Of a stretch of DNA of 64,000 nucleotides, positions 39,692 through 53,003 are shown piece by piece (positions within the stretch are counted from its first letter, which is position 1; every line of letters starts with the position of its first letter). The notes beneath the pieces were generated by a model, which did not search any database, had not been told where the DNA came from, and saw only the letters and a list, made by a program, of their open reading frames with translations. A program made the translations under genes and the position numbers. This DNA comes from Asterias rubens (lineage: Eukaryota): NCBI RefSeq assembly GCF_902459465.1, contig NC_047064.1, positions 22,816,001-22,880,000 of the forward strand, written 5' to 3'.

Positions 39692-42016
39692 TATATTGGC
39701 GGTGTCCCTATTTTGGTCAATATCTTTGTTCGGGGGTGCCAATCAGAAGCCATACAACCGTTAACTGCCGTGTGGCCAGGGATCACACCCACATTACGAT
39801 ACAACCTGGGAAGCGGCAATCAGTTAATTATTAATGTACAGCTTATAGGCATTCATTAAACCTTTAGTTACGCTTACCTAGTTCCGTCGATTTATATTTA
39901 TCGAGTTCTTGACTTGTCTGCAGTCCCGGTACATCCACTTGTACATGGGTGTCTATTGCGAATTGTCATTAATGTGTGGAACATGTACCGCAAGTTTTGA
40001 AAGTAAAAAAAGGTGAACAAAAGACTCAGCAAATAGTAAGGGTTGCAAATAAGCGCTTCCTCGCGGAAAGAAGTTGTCAAACTCAGAACGGTTTATTTGC
40101 GGCCTGGTGAATATTGGGGATCTATACCGGGTAAACATGAAATGGATACCCACACGTCCGCATACCTGTCATGTTACAAGTAATTGCCGCACGCAGCAGA
40201 TTCCCGCTGTTATTTCCGTTGCCATCATGATGGCACAGCCATAATTTAGATTCATACTTATTATATGGTGTTCTGGTGTCCACTCCTGTTCCGGGTCATA
40301 TATTACACCCGGAGTAAACGTGTATATACATTTCATTTCACCTGGCGCAAGGATCTCAAACTATACATACACCACATGGTGGCAATGCTTTATGAAGACG
40401 GACTCGATCCGAATTACCGTCCATAAATTTATCCGAGATCGTTCCAAATCAGAACCTCTGTCAAACGCATGTTTCAAAATGTCTTTGCTAGTGAGCTTGA
40501 CCCCTGACCTGAATAAGTCACACCAGAACAATAGATCACCCCAATCAGGGATACGGTTGAAACATTGAGAGATGATTGATGGCTATGTTATTATTACGGT
40601 CGGAGCTCTTGTCATTTCTGCACCTGTCGGTAAAGTCAGAGTACTTATTTCTCTGAGCGGTAAATGTTGTGCATGCCACGAGCTTGAGATGGACTTAGCT
40701 TGCTTGACCAAAAAAAGATGAAAACAGATTATCTTATCCGAACGTCTCTCGGAGTTTATGTCAACAGCATACCAATATCAAAATAATACCGAAACTATTA
40801 ATAAGAAGAAACTTATACCAAGATTAAGAAGGTTTCAAAAGAAAAATAGACTTGTTTTCATGATGTTGAGGAGGTGAAGTTAATAAAGCCTGTACAACGA
40901 AATAAAGGAAGACAATCTACACCAGAAGGAAGTTTCAAAAAGATTTCACGGAAGCGCCCAATATCATTAATTGGCGAAGAACCAAACCACGAAAGCACAA
41001 TATGACGTCGGAGAGTAGTGGAACAATAGTTTGTTTGAAAACAGATAGTAAAAACTACAGTTATGACAACTGCGCAACGAAATTGAAACAACTTACGCGT
41101 ACAATCAAGTATGAAACCCTCTGGCAGGAGTGTTGGTTCTGAGAAGAACCGTTACTCTAACGATGTTTCGAGAAGTTTGAAGACGTTTCGAGAAGTATGT
41201 TAAACGCTGGACTGTTGATGATGCGGATGTTTAAAATTGTTGGAGGGAGATGTACATTTTAAGCGGGTATTTTCTTTGGCTGGTGATGACTGGGAGTTGG
41301 CTGTGAGCGTACAGAAACACAAAGCTTTCATCACCTCCTTGAGGGACAACATTTGCTTTATTACATTAATTGCATCACTTATTGCATGTTTTCATGACAT
41401 TAATCCAAAAGTTCATTTCGCGTATCCGTTTGATCGACTAATGACCATTCATCAGCAAGTTGGCCTACACATTAGTATACGAGTGTTAACTCTTAACATA
41501 ATAACGTAACATAATAACGAGAGACTTGTTATTATTATTTTAACTAAACTTGACCACAACAAATCCCGTCAGTCAGAATCCAATAATAAAGCATGATAGA
41601 TCCAAAACAAACCAAAGGTCTTCGCGCAAATTGCTAACGGGAAAAACAGCGTATTAGATTATTTTATTATTAATAAATGATTTTTTTTGCCTCCTTTATT
41701 TTACTGTCATATCATCCGAAACAATTGTTTTCGCTTCATTACGTTGGAATAATTACATTGCTTGGTAACGTCCTCTCGACGCAACGTGACGCGAACCACA
41801 TCGTCTCCTGGCCATGCCTTATCTCAAAATAAAGACAATTAGTGACTTGGACTGTCAGACTTTTTCTTCATTAGTACTTCACAGCTTTTCCCCCGTGGGT
41901 TATTGTTGCTTCAGTAAACTTCGAACTGATCCTATGGTTGTGTTATCTATATAATATGTGGCTTCAGTTTGACGCGGCGTGATCAGTTCCCAGATGGATC
42001 ACGGATCTGAATGTCA

Positions 42017-42063
42017 GACTTTTTAAATCCCAGTGAATGTCATCCACTGGGATTTAAAAAGTC
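42017..42063. repeat. Perfect 19-bp inverted repeat with 9-nt loop
   Basis: GACTTTTTAAATCCCAGTG aatgtcatc CACTGGGATTTAAAAAGTC. Confidence 0.9.
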
Positions 42064-44045
42064 AAAACGATGAAAAGCTATGTTCATAATGTTTAGCTAA
42101 GTATCTAAATCAGCAAACGACTAATTGTTAATTGAACGACAATATTATATCGAACGCTTGCGATCCCAGATTGATCCCATTATAAGCGTTATACTATCTT
42201 AATGTAAATGAGTAAACACATGTTTTGTCTGATATACCACTCTTCCCTTCTTTTTTTTAAGAGTGAAAGCAGGTTGTTTGAGCTCGATTTAGAGTGAAAT
42301 TTGTTTTAATCTCACTAAAAAATATTGACTTTCACTCTCGAAAAAGTTTTCACTCCTTTACATTAAGATAGTACAAGAATGTTTTAAAAATTACAAGATT
42401 AAGGAAGTTTTGTTGATTAAGTTTACATCCAAAGTGGGAGAATCGTTATCGCGAACGTACTACTCTGGGTACTAAAGCTGAAGACGATTACAAGTATAGC
42501 TCGGTTAAGTAAATTCCGGCACGTGAACAATACAATAAAGGATTTCTATGGACGGGGATATAACAAGATAAACCATGATCAGAATCAAAAGTTTGTTTTA
42601 AGGCGATGAGGCACAGTTAAACGGTTAGAACAAGTCACGAGATGTGATAGGAACAATACCCTACAGTTCCTTGTCTGTTTCCCAATTCTCGACTTGACGA
42701 CCCTGTCACAATAATATTGGCAGTTCCTCTCAAGTATCTGAAAAACACGGATCCAAAACTGCTATCAAATATTCATGGTAAATATAATGCTTGATCCAAC
42801 ATGGTATGCACATCATCTAACCAAGTTGTTTGCCTTTATATGGCGGAAGACTAAACAATAAATAAAATACATGCCAGACCGGGTCATGTGTCTATAGTTT
42901 GATTGTTATAATCCAAAAAAACGCAACAATCTATATTATCTGCAGCCCCAATCTCCAGCCTTGTTCATCTCCAGATTCGTGTCCATGTTTTTAAATCAGA
43001 AATCATCCTCCCAAGATATTGAGAGTGCACGCTCTCGCATCCAAAACAGAAGACGGCCTATTTTCCTTACGATGTGTGCGAGGCGTGGGAGGGAGGCTGT
43101 ATCAGTCATAATAGCATCTTGAAGTTACATGTGAAGACACTGGGCGAGCTTGAAGAACCCACCGGGACGACTTATATTTTCCATGGTTCAATAGAGGTTT
43201 TTCTCAACCTCATCCCGTGGGGTTTGTTGTCTTCGTCTTGCCTTCGACTCTTGGTCCAGATCGAATGAATTCTATCTTTTGTATATTATTTTCTCCATGG
43301 ACATGTCATGAAGGCAGTGTCCCTCGTTGATACATGCTCTTCTTCGAACAAACCAATCGAGTTCTCCCTTTTTTCGTTCTTCTTTTTATTCTTCTTCGTT
43401 GTATTTTCTTGTGGCGAAGCGATATTTTAGGTAAAAGCATTTTTTTTATTCAGCATCAACTTAATACTTAAATAGATGTGATGCACCAATTGCTTTCTAC
43501 AGCACGTCAATATGTATAGTAGAAGGTTTAATATTTAAGCTGGATATTTATGAATGGTTTATTTCATTAAAAAAAATAGTAAACAAATCGACAACATTCA
43601 AATTTACAACAACTTTATTAAATTAAGAATGGCACATCGGCTCATTTTTTTTAAGCTTTAAAACTACCTTAAACATTGACTAGTAGTTGCTTTTTTTTTA
43701 AATTGCTTTTTATTGCAATGTTGTTATTATTTGGTAGTTGCCTGATTTATCTTTGTACTTTTGGCATTTTTGCGAACAAGCTATCCGCAATAACCTTGTG
43801 CTCAATGCCCTTTAGTGCTAAGATTCCAATTCCCCTCCCACTAGAAAGAAAAAAAAACGAAACAAATATATTATAATAATAATAATATTTATTCGGACAA
43901 TAACACTTACAAGCACATGTACATACATTAAAAATATCTAAGAAAACAAAGTAAAACAACAGTGGGGTGCCCAGGAGAGCATAAAAGTAAAAAAAAAAAT
44001 AACTGTCGCCAAAAGGCGTATGTCTCCTAAAACCCTAAAAAGGTA

Positions 44046-45129
44046 TACATCCCAACGACAATAGACAGCACACATTGCGTAATTAGTCCCTAGTTCTTTG
44101 TGTAACACGGATCATGGAAGAAGAACATATCTGGACCTTAATTTACTCAACAAACAATCTTCTTATTCAGTCCTTCAGATTTGATGCGATGATTGACAGT
44201 CAGTCATCAGGGGGGCTTAGACCTATTCATGTGTACTAAATTGCAGTAAATTGACTGACAGATCCGCTCCACCCCCTCCCCCTCCCCAGTATGATTTGAA
44301 TTCAATTCCCCGAAATAGCTTCACTTTACAGCGGAATAAAATAGCTCAATATACTAGCAGTGTTTCATTTATAGCAATCATTCAGGGACGCGACTATTCT
44401 GACTATTCTTGCACCTGCCATTGTATCAGAGAAGGGTGTCGGGTTTCTTGACTTCATTGTTTTCTCATGCTCCGTGATATTTTGAACGACTACTTATCAC
44501 ACCCAGCTAGTTTCATTTTGAAGATTTCAACCATAGCCACGGATTGATTGTGCTTCACATCTAAATAAGATGCATTGGTTTTCATTTCCATGCAACGCAA
44601 AACAACATGTTTTTCGGTGGACTTCCTTCAATGTGAGTTATTAATGTATTGCTAATTCTGTTTGTGTGCATAAATAAAGCTGTAGCCCTATTATTATGTT
44701 CAAATCAAATCAAATAGAGAAAAAAGGTGCAAATTAGAATGATACGTATGATTGTGGGGAATAAATGCAGTATTGTTTAATATTGAGATCCATTTTGTTT
44801 AAATGAAATAATTGTCTATAACGGGAGGGGGCACTCATGAAGATTAAACTATGTTTACACCGTAGTTTGGTGAATTATTGGGAAAAAATAATACTTTTTG
44901 AAAGATTTATCATACCAAGAATAGACGAAAGACATCTATGATAGGTGATTTTTATGAATATTGCCAATTGCCAAAGCCTAATTTGCGTATAATTTCATAC
45001 AATTTTAGCATACATTTAATTGCATCCATACATGGAGGAAGACGCTATTTTCTTCTTCCATGATCCGTGTTACACAAAGAACTAGGGACTAATTACGCAA
45101 TTTGTGCTGTCTATTGTCGTTGGGATGTA
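44046..45129. mobile_element. 1.08-kb non-autonomous DNA transposon, 80-bp TIRs, TA-flanked (Tc1/mariner-like boundary)
   Basis: 44046-44125 is the reverse complement of 45050-45129 with 1 mismatch. TA at 44044-45 and 45130-31. No transposase ORF inside. Confidence 0.85.
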
Positions 45130-47390
45130 TAGCTTCTGAGTGAAGTCCTTGACATTCTGTGGCAGTTGTGTTAACAACAAAATAATAAGACCTTAAAAAC
45201 AAACCATTTTCTGACCCCCCCCCCCCCCACCCAGGGAAAGGTGTATGTGTGGGGGTGGGGGTATTGTCATAATGTAATAGGAAAGCCTTCCTACGTTTTC
45301 AAAACGTAACCCATATAATTTTAAAGGTTATATTGCAAGCTATAAAACCAATCCAATCGCAGACATAAGGACCTCTGTGCCTGACTAATTTTCATTTTCA
45401 AAGGATGCGGGAAAGACAATGTCAAAGATGGCTGCAAACAAGATGTTTAATTTTGTATGGGCCTTTTAGCTTCTCAAGGTATTGCTACAATACAACAAAA
45501 ATAACAGTGAGTATTTATGTGTTCAGGGGAGATGTATTTTGTAGGACTGGCGTTACAATCAATGGACTTAGCGCCAACATGATGGCTTGGTGATGATGTC
45601 TGCAAATAATCTATCTACCGCTGCTCCCCAACCCCCAAACGCCTAATTTCCCGCTTTTGTTTGTATTTTTGGCTTCCATTTACAACTGTTACATCTGTTG
45701 TAATAAAGGTCCCAGTTTTGAATGTGTACACTAACCACACACTGCAACAACTTGTGTGTTAATGTTGACACCGTGGGTGTTGTCACACATTATTTATATC
45801 CATACAAGAGATTACAAAAATAACAGTATCAGATGTTAAAATAAAACGAATTCAATTGTGTCGTCAGAAATTACTGTTATTTTAACACACTAGTGAACAT
45901 TTTGAATATTAGTTGTGTCGGTATCAATAATGTAGCAATACCCATGGTGTCAATTTTAACACCCTCGTTATTGGCAGTGTAGTGCGGTCTGTCAACAGAG
46001 GATTGGTGTACTTCTCCAAAGTCAGACTGAACGTCAGTCTAAGAAAAAAAAAAAATTAATATTTAAGCTTCGTTTTTTTTTTTCCCATTCGATTCACTTC
46101 TTGTGCGTCCGGTGAAATTGTTTATGTTTTGGTACATGTTTAATTTGTTGAGGGCAAGCTGGTCGTGTTGTTTTTATGGAGACTTTGACTTGAGCCGTGT
46201 ACACACGCGGTACCCCCCCCCCCCCACACACCCCAAACGTTTCTTAAATTTGAAGGAAAAAAAGCGTCAATCTTAACAAACAGGACAATTATTTTGCAGC
46301 GCCTCATTCCAATAATCTTCATAAACAAGCCCAACAAACATGGGTGGTGGGAGATATGTTTTACAAAGTATCATTACTTAGAATGATTCGATAACAACAA
46401 TTACAGTGAAATAACATTGGGGTTGTATAATAAAGCTTTTTATAGATGGTTTCCAGTTCGAATAAAATTTGAGCCGCTATGAAATTCATAAACTTCACGT
46501 CCAATTGTGGACTCGATTATAAGCTTTTAGAGCCTTGCTTAATTGAATTGTCTTGTACGAGGTTGTACAAAGTGATACAGCTTGAAATGGGTTAGGGCAT
46601 GTTTGAAATACAACTAATGTAACAAATGGAGTATGCAGTAATCAATTTACCCGCTCAAAACCTCCGTGTAGTATAAAGGTTACACTAACAAAATAAATTG
46701 CTGTATTGAGTAGAGCGAAAGTAAAATGAAAACCGAAAACACGAAGCATTTATTGTCCAACCTTTCTTGTTTTGTTCAGGCTGGAATGCCTTTAAAGTTA
46801 AACAGATGGTCCTTCACACGTTTGTAGAGCAACTTTTAATTTTGTAAAGAGAGGTACTTTTTCAAACGGCCGAAAGGAGAGTCCCCCAAAACTAATCTGG
46901 TTTTAAACAGCTACCTGAGCGGAATGTTTTCAACAGAAATGGTATTTTTACTTGTTTATAATGCACTTGTTCACCATTTTAATGTAATTTTGATATGTGT
47001 ACACTTCTGAACTTTTCGTAATTATCGATTAAAAAAACAGGCCCCTACCTAAAGGTTTTTTGAAAAACTAAATCACTTCTGCCGTTGAGAGCGGGCGTCA
47101 AAGGACAATGCCGCTGACGTCATTTGTGGGAGTTTGCTTTGTTATACATCCACGCTGCAACAAAGCGGCTTTATCTACTTATGACGTTTTGAGAGTGATT
47201 ACGTAACGGGGCTTTTTGCAAATCTCGCAGAAAAGCTCTGGATAAGGGCATACAAAATGATTTTTTTTTTACACAATTGAAATCTATTTCTATTCATATG
47301 TACATACATGGTGAGATTGGACATAGCAATGTAACGTTTAGTTGGAGAAATGGTTTGGTTGTGGTGAGAATTGTGTTTGACTAGTTGGGC

Positions 47391-47783
47391 TAAAATGCAC
47401 TGAACACGTTCGGTAATTGTCTAAGACCAGTCTTCTCACTTGGGTTTCCCAATGTGACCGCCTTAATAAATGACCCTTAGAGACACTGATGGACACTCTT
47501 GGTGTGTCAAAGACCATGCCTTTCACATGGTTTATCTCAACATGCATACAATAACAAACCTGTGAAAGTTGGGCTCAATTGGTCATCGAAGTTGCGAGAA
47601 AACGATGAAAGAAAAAACACCCTTGTTGAACGAATTTGTGTGCTTTCAGATAGAAACAAAGGACTTCTCGCTAGAAGTCTTTAAATATTTTAGTGAGAAA
47701 TCAACAGCTCTCCAAAGCTCGTTACCAAGTCTATTTTTAAGTTAATGTTTGTTTTGAGTAACTACCAAACGTGTGCCTTCACT
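47391..47783 (-). mobile_element. Kolobok-like MITE family A, reverse copy with a duplicated end
   Basis: Reverse-complement core aacaaacctgtgaaagttgggctcaattggtcatcgaagttgcgag. Two end-like segments at about 47391 and 47481; TTAA at 47784. Confidence 0.65.
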
Positions 47784-48805
47784 TTAAATGTTGTTTGTGC
47801 GTTGTGACTCAAACGTATGCTTACGCGTGTTCGAGTGTAGTTTTGGAACAACTGTACTTATTTATACATTTTATTCTTCGGATCCCCCCAAAATAATGGA
47901 TAATATTGGTGTACTCCTAATTTTAAAAAGTTGGATGTCTGATTGAAAGTTATCACTTTTGTTATTTTGTATTATAAAGTATTTAGCTAATTATTGATCC
48001 AACAGCAACTTCCTACCCAAACCGGTTGAAAAAAAACTTCCCCTTTATAATAATTCACGATTTAAAAAATGCTGACACAAAATGACGAAAAGGTCAAAAG
48101 AATCTATTTCAAGACACACATATGAAATCTAAGCCAATCTCAGCATCTTCTCTGAACCAACTCGACACTTGAGATGAGCGCCTGGTGGTAACACGATGGA
48201 GTGAAGTGTACATGGAACATGCATTTATATAATTACCAATAAGTGATATATTATATATACCGCTCATGAGTGTAGCACAGGACACCGATATACCGCCGGC
48301 ACTTCCAAGAACAGTTTTCCCCGCAAGGTTGTCGTTCAATCCATTTATTTTTTACATTTGATAAAAGCGAGAAGAAGTTAACTAATAGCTCTAAAGTGAG
48401 CCAACATCAGGGGATCCTAAGACGTATAACTCCCTGATGATGAGGCAAATTGGCCCAAGAGACAAGCAGCGTCAGCGTATAAAGGCAACACAGTATTATA
48501 ATTAGCGAAGCATTCCACACTTCATAAATAAACGTTTAACTGTGTACAGGTGAGTTTTTTAGCAGGTATATATAAATAAAAATGTAGCCCATTTTGGAAG
48601 CGGACCTCCCGGGACCAAACGGGTCATGCCCGCGGTTATAACTGTTCACACCAATACGGTCGAGATAATGGAACGTTTAGCCGCGGGGTAAAAACAAATC
48701 ACACTCTGCCTAACAAAATGTTTAACAAAAATTTTTAAAAGATTCGTTATTTTTGTGAAATGCAATTTTGTTAAGTCCCATGATTTAGTGGCACGGGACG
48801 ATGCT

Positions 48806-48990
48806 TAGATGATGACTTAGTCAACATAATATTGCTGGCATTATTTTGTTTTTTAATCATATTATAATTACTGTCTGTTATAATTGTAATGGGATTTTAG
48901 ATGATGACTTAGTCAACATAATATTGCTGGCAGTATTTTGTTTTTTAATCATATTATAATTACTGTCTGTTATAATTGTAATGGGATTTA
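48806..48990. repeat. 92-bp tandem duplication (2 copies)
   Basis: tagatgatgacttagtcaac at 48806 and 48898; near identical. Confidence 0.93.
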
Positions 48991-51900
48991 AATAATACGA
49001 TTAATAACAATCGATATACAAGGACACGTGTCACAGCTTCGAAATCTGTTTTGAACGATTCTGAGAAAAACTGAGATTGCGCAATGAAAATGAGTAAAAA
49101 AAAGTCAACAAGCAGCGCTGTGTCCCAATTCAATTCATTTCGATTCAATTCGCATTTATCCAGTTTACTATCGAGATACCTCTCTGTTAATTGTTGCCCA
49201 TGTCCTCCTTCTAGTATGATTCTAATTAAAGTTTTAAATTAAGAACTTTCTATTCTGGTACCCTTTTCAAGTGAATTTTGTTTATAGAGTATTGCTTTAA
49301 AACATGTTCTCTCTCTTTATCTAATGCTCCACTAGAGGTCAACAGCGAGTTTATAAATCATTAATATGACTTCGTTTATGAGTGAGCCCCATGGAGTGTC
49401 TTCCCAGACGACTTAAAAGAATGCAATAATTAATGTAAGCTTGGAAATTATGACAAACGAAAACAGTTTTCTTATGTTATATCTTCATAACTTATGAAGA
49501 AGCTTTGTGCTTGTCATGCATTATATTTTCCCCAAAAGGGTAAGTTTGGCAGTAGCAACACATAAGTGGTTGAGTTTAAACTTGTTTATTTTGCAGTTTT
49601 TGTTTTGGTTGAACTAATCTCGTATAATTTACGTTAGAAAAGGATTAACTTGAAACACATGTCATGTGCAAAAAACAAATAAAAAGTGTTTTGTAAAGAC
49701 GTCTCGAGCAAAAACGGCATCAAGAATACGTTTGCTCAAATCCATTTAACATTTCTTTTATCAACCAGAAATGTTGAGTTAACATGAGATTCAACAATTT
49801 CTTTAAAATATCATGTCAATATCTTTTTCCGGAAAGCAGTAGTACGTCATCACTAATGTTATATCATTTGTGAGAGCTCACAGTAGGGAGAATATGCTAG
49901 CGAATGTGCTTACATTCGGACATATAATTCAACAATCGCTCAAACTTCGCAAGCTCCGTGTCCTCGTAAGCGTTGGTAACAAATTCGGTACGTTCACAAG
50001 ACATTATCCACCTCCTTACGAAGATCGATCAATTTAGTCATTCGCCGTCGAATTGGTAATGTTGGTGAAGCGTGCGTAAGCGTTGGCAACGTTCGTAAAG
50101 GCATTGGCAAGCGTCGGTAAGCATTTGTAATATTATATTCATAAGATATTGTAAGGATAGGACGATCGAGGGGTGAGATCGAGATGAAAATGTTCACTAT
50201 CAAACCGCCAATTTGGACGAATTCATCGCATTCAAATATTCATCTTCGCAAGAACGTTCATCACTCTGTGAGAGCAGCAATACGAAGCACTTCCTAAAGT
50301 TCAGCGAATGTTGTAAAGACGGTTATTTGCCATCGATTTTCGTAAGCATTGGTAAGCCATTTTGGTAAACCGTGCTTATTATGCGTGAGATATTGGTAAG
50401 GAGGGGTTTAGGGACGACCAAGAACATATTCACTATCAAATCGCAACTTTTGGGCGAATTCATCGCGAGTTTCAAATATTCATATTCGCCCAAGTGTGAG
50501 AGTAGCATAATATAGTCGCTTGGTTGCAGCATATTAAAGCAACATTCCATACACGCCAGCGAAGTCTTGTAATTTGTTCGCACGCCACCAACGGCAGAAC
50601 ACTTTCTTGTTTTTCTAAACCTCGAGGTAGGGTAATAATTTCCTTTCAGGGTATAATATTAAGAACATTTCAGAAGTCATCAACTCAATGTTACATTGAA
50701 AAAAAGAAAAAGAAAAAAAAGGTTTAGTAAGCATTCCTGTCCAACTCGTTCGCTCAAGTAGCTATTTAAATCGGGTATAGGAACGTGCGTTACGTATTCA
50801 TCAATTAATAATTGTTGACGTAAAATTGTGATATTTCACAAACGAATTTGATGTAGAGCGTTTTTCGCGTTTATTGAAAACTAGATGAAAACTTTGGTCG
50901 AGAAAATAAATTTTTCTAAGAACCAATGCTAGATGAAAAACAATCGCTTTAAGGTCGCCCCATATAGTCAAAATGGAGACGTCTAAGTGAAATGAGTGTA
51001 ATATATCCGACTCAATTGATATTCATGCCCGTGTTTCGTTTACCATTTATGGATTTTTCCCCTCAATATCATTCTAAATTAATAACCTTTGATATTGACT
51101 TCAGAAACCCTGCGGCTTCTACTGTTACACGAATGCAGTGTTCAGGTTTCAATAGAAAACGTCGGAGTTCTTTGGTTTGCAGTGCGCCATCTTCACCAAC
51201 CCCGCCTCTCTTTTCCCCCTTTTTACTTTTACGCTTCAACAGGAAATATCCCCCCACAATTTGTTTTAATTGTGTGAAAAGGTCCAAGCCAGTGGATCCA
51301 CTTACTGTGTACATAATATATCCAGAATGGTGAATACTTCGAAAATAGACGTGATACGGAAACCGTGGTTTGACCGGTGGGATCTTGTTTAAATAGCAAT
51401 GTAGAAAGTCACTCCATTATCATTAATAAACTCTTCGTTTTTAAGGGCCGGAAAAGGTCACCAAGAGATTTAGAGTTCTTGTAGAAAATACGAACACTAA
51501 ATTCGCTTTTCACAGTTGGCGATGCGACTAAAAACACAATACGTTTTTATATATTACCAAGGTTAGGAAGTTTTGATCGATTCGGAATGTCAAGATGTGT
51601 GTTGAAGCGATTGCGCCTATAAGAACCCTTTGAACCACGAAATGTCAGAAAAAAACATATCTTTAGGGAAAAGGAACGATTTGTTTTGTTTTGTCATTAC
51701 TTGTATTATGCCTTCGGGTGCTAAATTTTGGAATGGTCTATACACAAGTTAAGTGGTATGCAGAATTTAATGTTCCGAAGAGAAGAAATCAAGTCAGCGA
51801 GGAGGCTGTTATTTGGACGACCTCTGACATTATAGCATTGATCTTCGTTTGTTGCTATGGGGCACTGATTTGTACCATTGATTATATTGATGCCTTGTTC

Positions 51901-53003
51901 GTGTACTAAAGTCAAGTAGGGACAAGTTGCCATTCAGACAAGTCACTGCAATGAGGGTCAGCTCACAGTAGATGGGCTCTTTTGTTATTGACTAACGCTG
52001 GCTTGGTGGCCGGGGCGCAATACCCACGAAAAACAGCATGCTGCCATGTCAATCGATGATGTCATCGTCAGCCAATCACCGTGCAGGAAAACCATGCTGT
52101 CTAATGGGAGTTTTTAGATTAACGGTGGAAATCGCTACTGGACTAGCTACGATCCGGTCTCGCTTTTAACATTTTCGGGAAGAATATGAAATAATCTATC
52201 CATATATACTAATTGGGGACTGTTGCTGACATTCATAACGGGAAAATTTGTTGTGTTTTTGTGACTTGTTTTCTTTCTTTTGAGGCATTTTTTTTACGTA
52301 CAGTTTTCTCTTTTTGGAATTTGAGTGGCACCGATTTTTTCGTACATAACGACAGATGCTCTTGGTTTCAATTTACTGGTACATTATTTTGGTTGATACT
52401 TTTCAGAAAAGATCGAAAAACTACCGAATTCCAGAAGCCCTTTTGACTTATTTTATAATCATTCACAGAGGTCACGCACGAAAAACGATGCATAATTTGA
52501 AGATAAAAGGAAAGGAAATTTAGTGACCTGCAGGTAGACTGAAGGCAAGCTGCTGACACCATTTACGTTTGTGCACAAAACTATTTCATCATTTATTTTT
52601 TATTTTTATTTTTTTGTTATATTATATGAATGTACTTTTCATAACTATCACTTATCAGACCGACGACGTCCATTCTACCTAACTAAAGGGATTTTGTACG
52701 TTTGGTACCTAGAACCCATCGTTTTTTTTCAATCCTCATATAGTTGTAGGCCTATAGAAAGATACAATCAACCTAACCTATGGAAAGTGCATTTCACAAT
52801 GTGCACCATTTTTTGAGACAGTGTCGAAAATCTGGACCGTTGATGTCCACGCGCATAATATAAGGAATACTCTGCAGTTGAATACACAATCATGAGTAAC
52901 GCTTTTCATATTTGAATATTTCAATAATTTGCAGCATTTAAAAGTGAACCGTCAAATAGCATTTTACTATCCAAAATTGTTGCACTTCGTACCAAATAAG
53001 CGT

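Noticed and set aside
42980-43420. Coding-like minus-strand stretch
   Set aside because: There are stops in all frames within about 100 codons and no recognisable motif.
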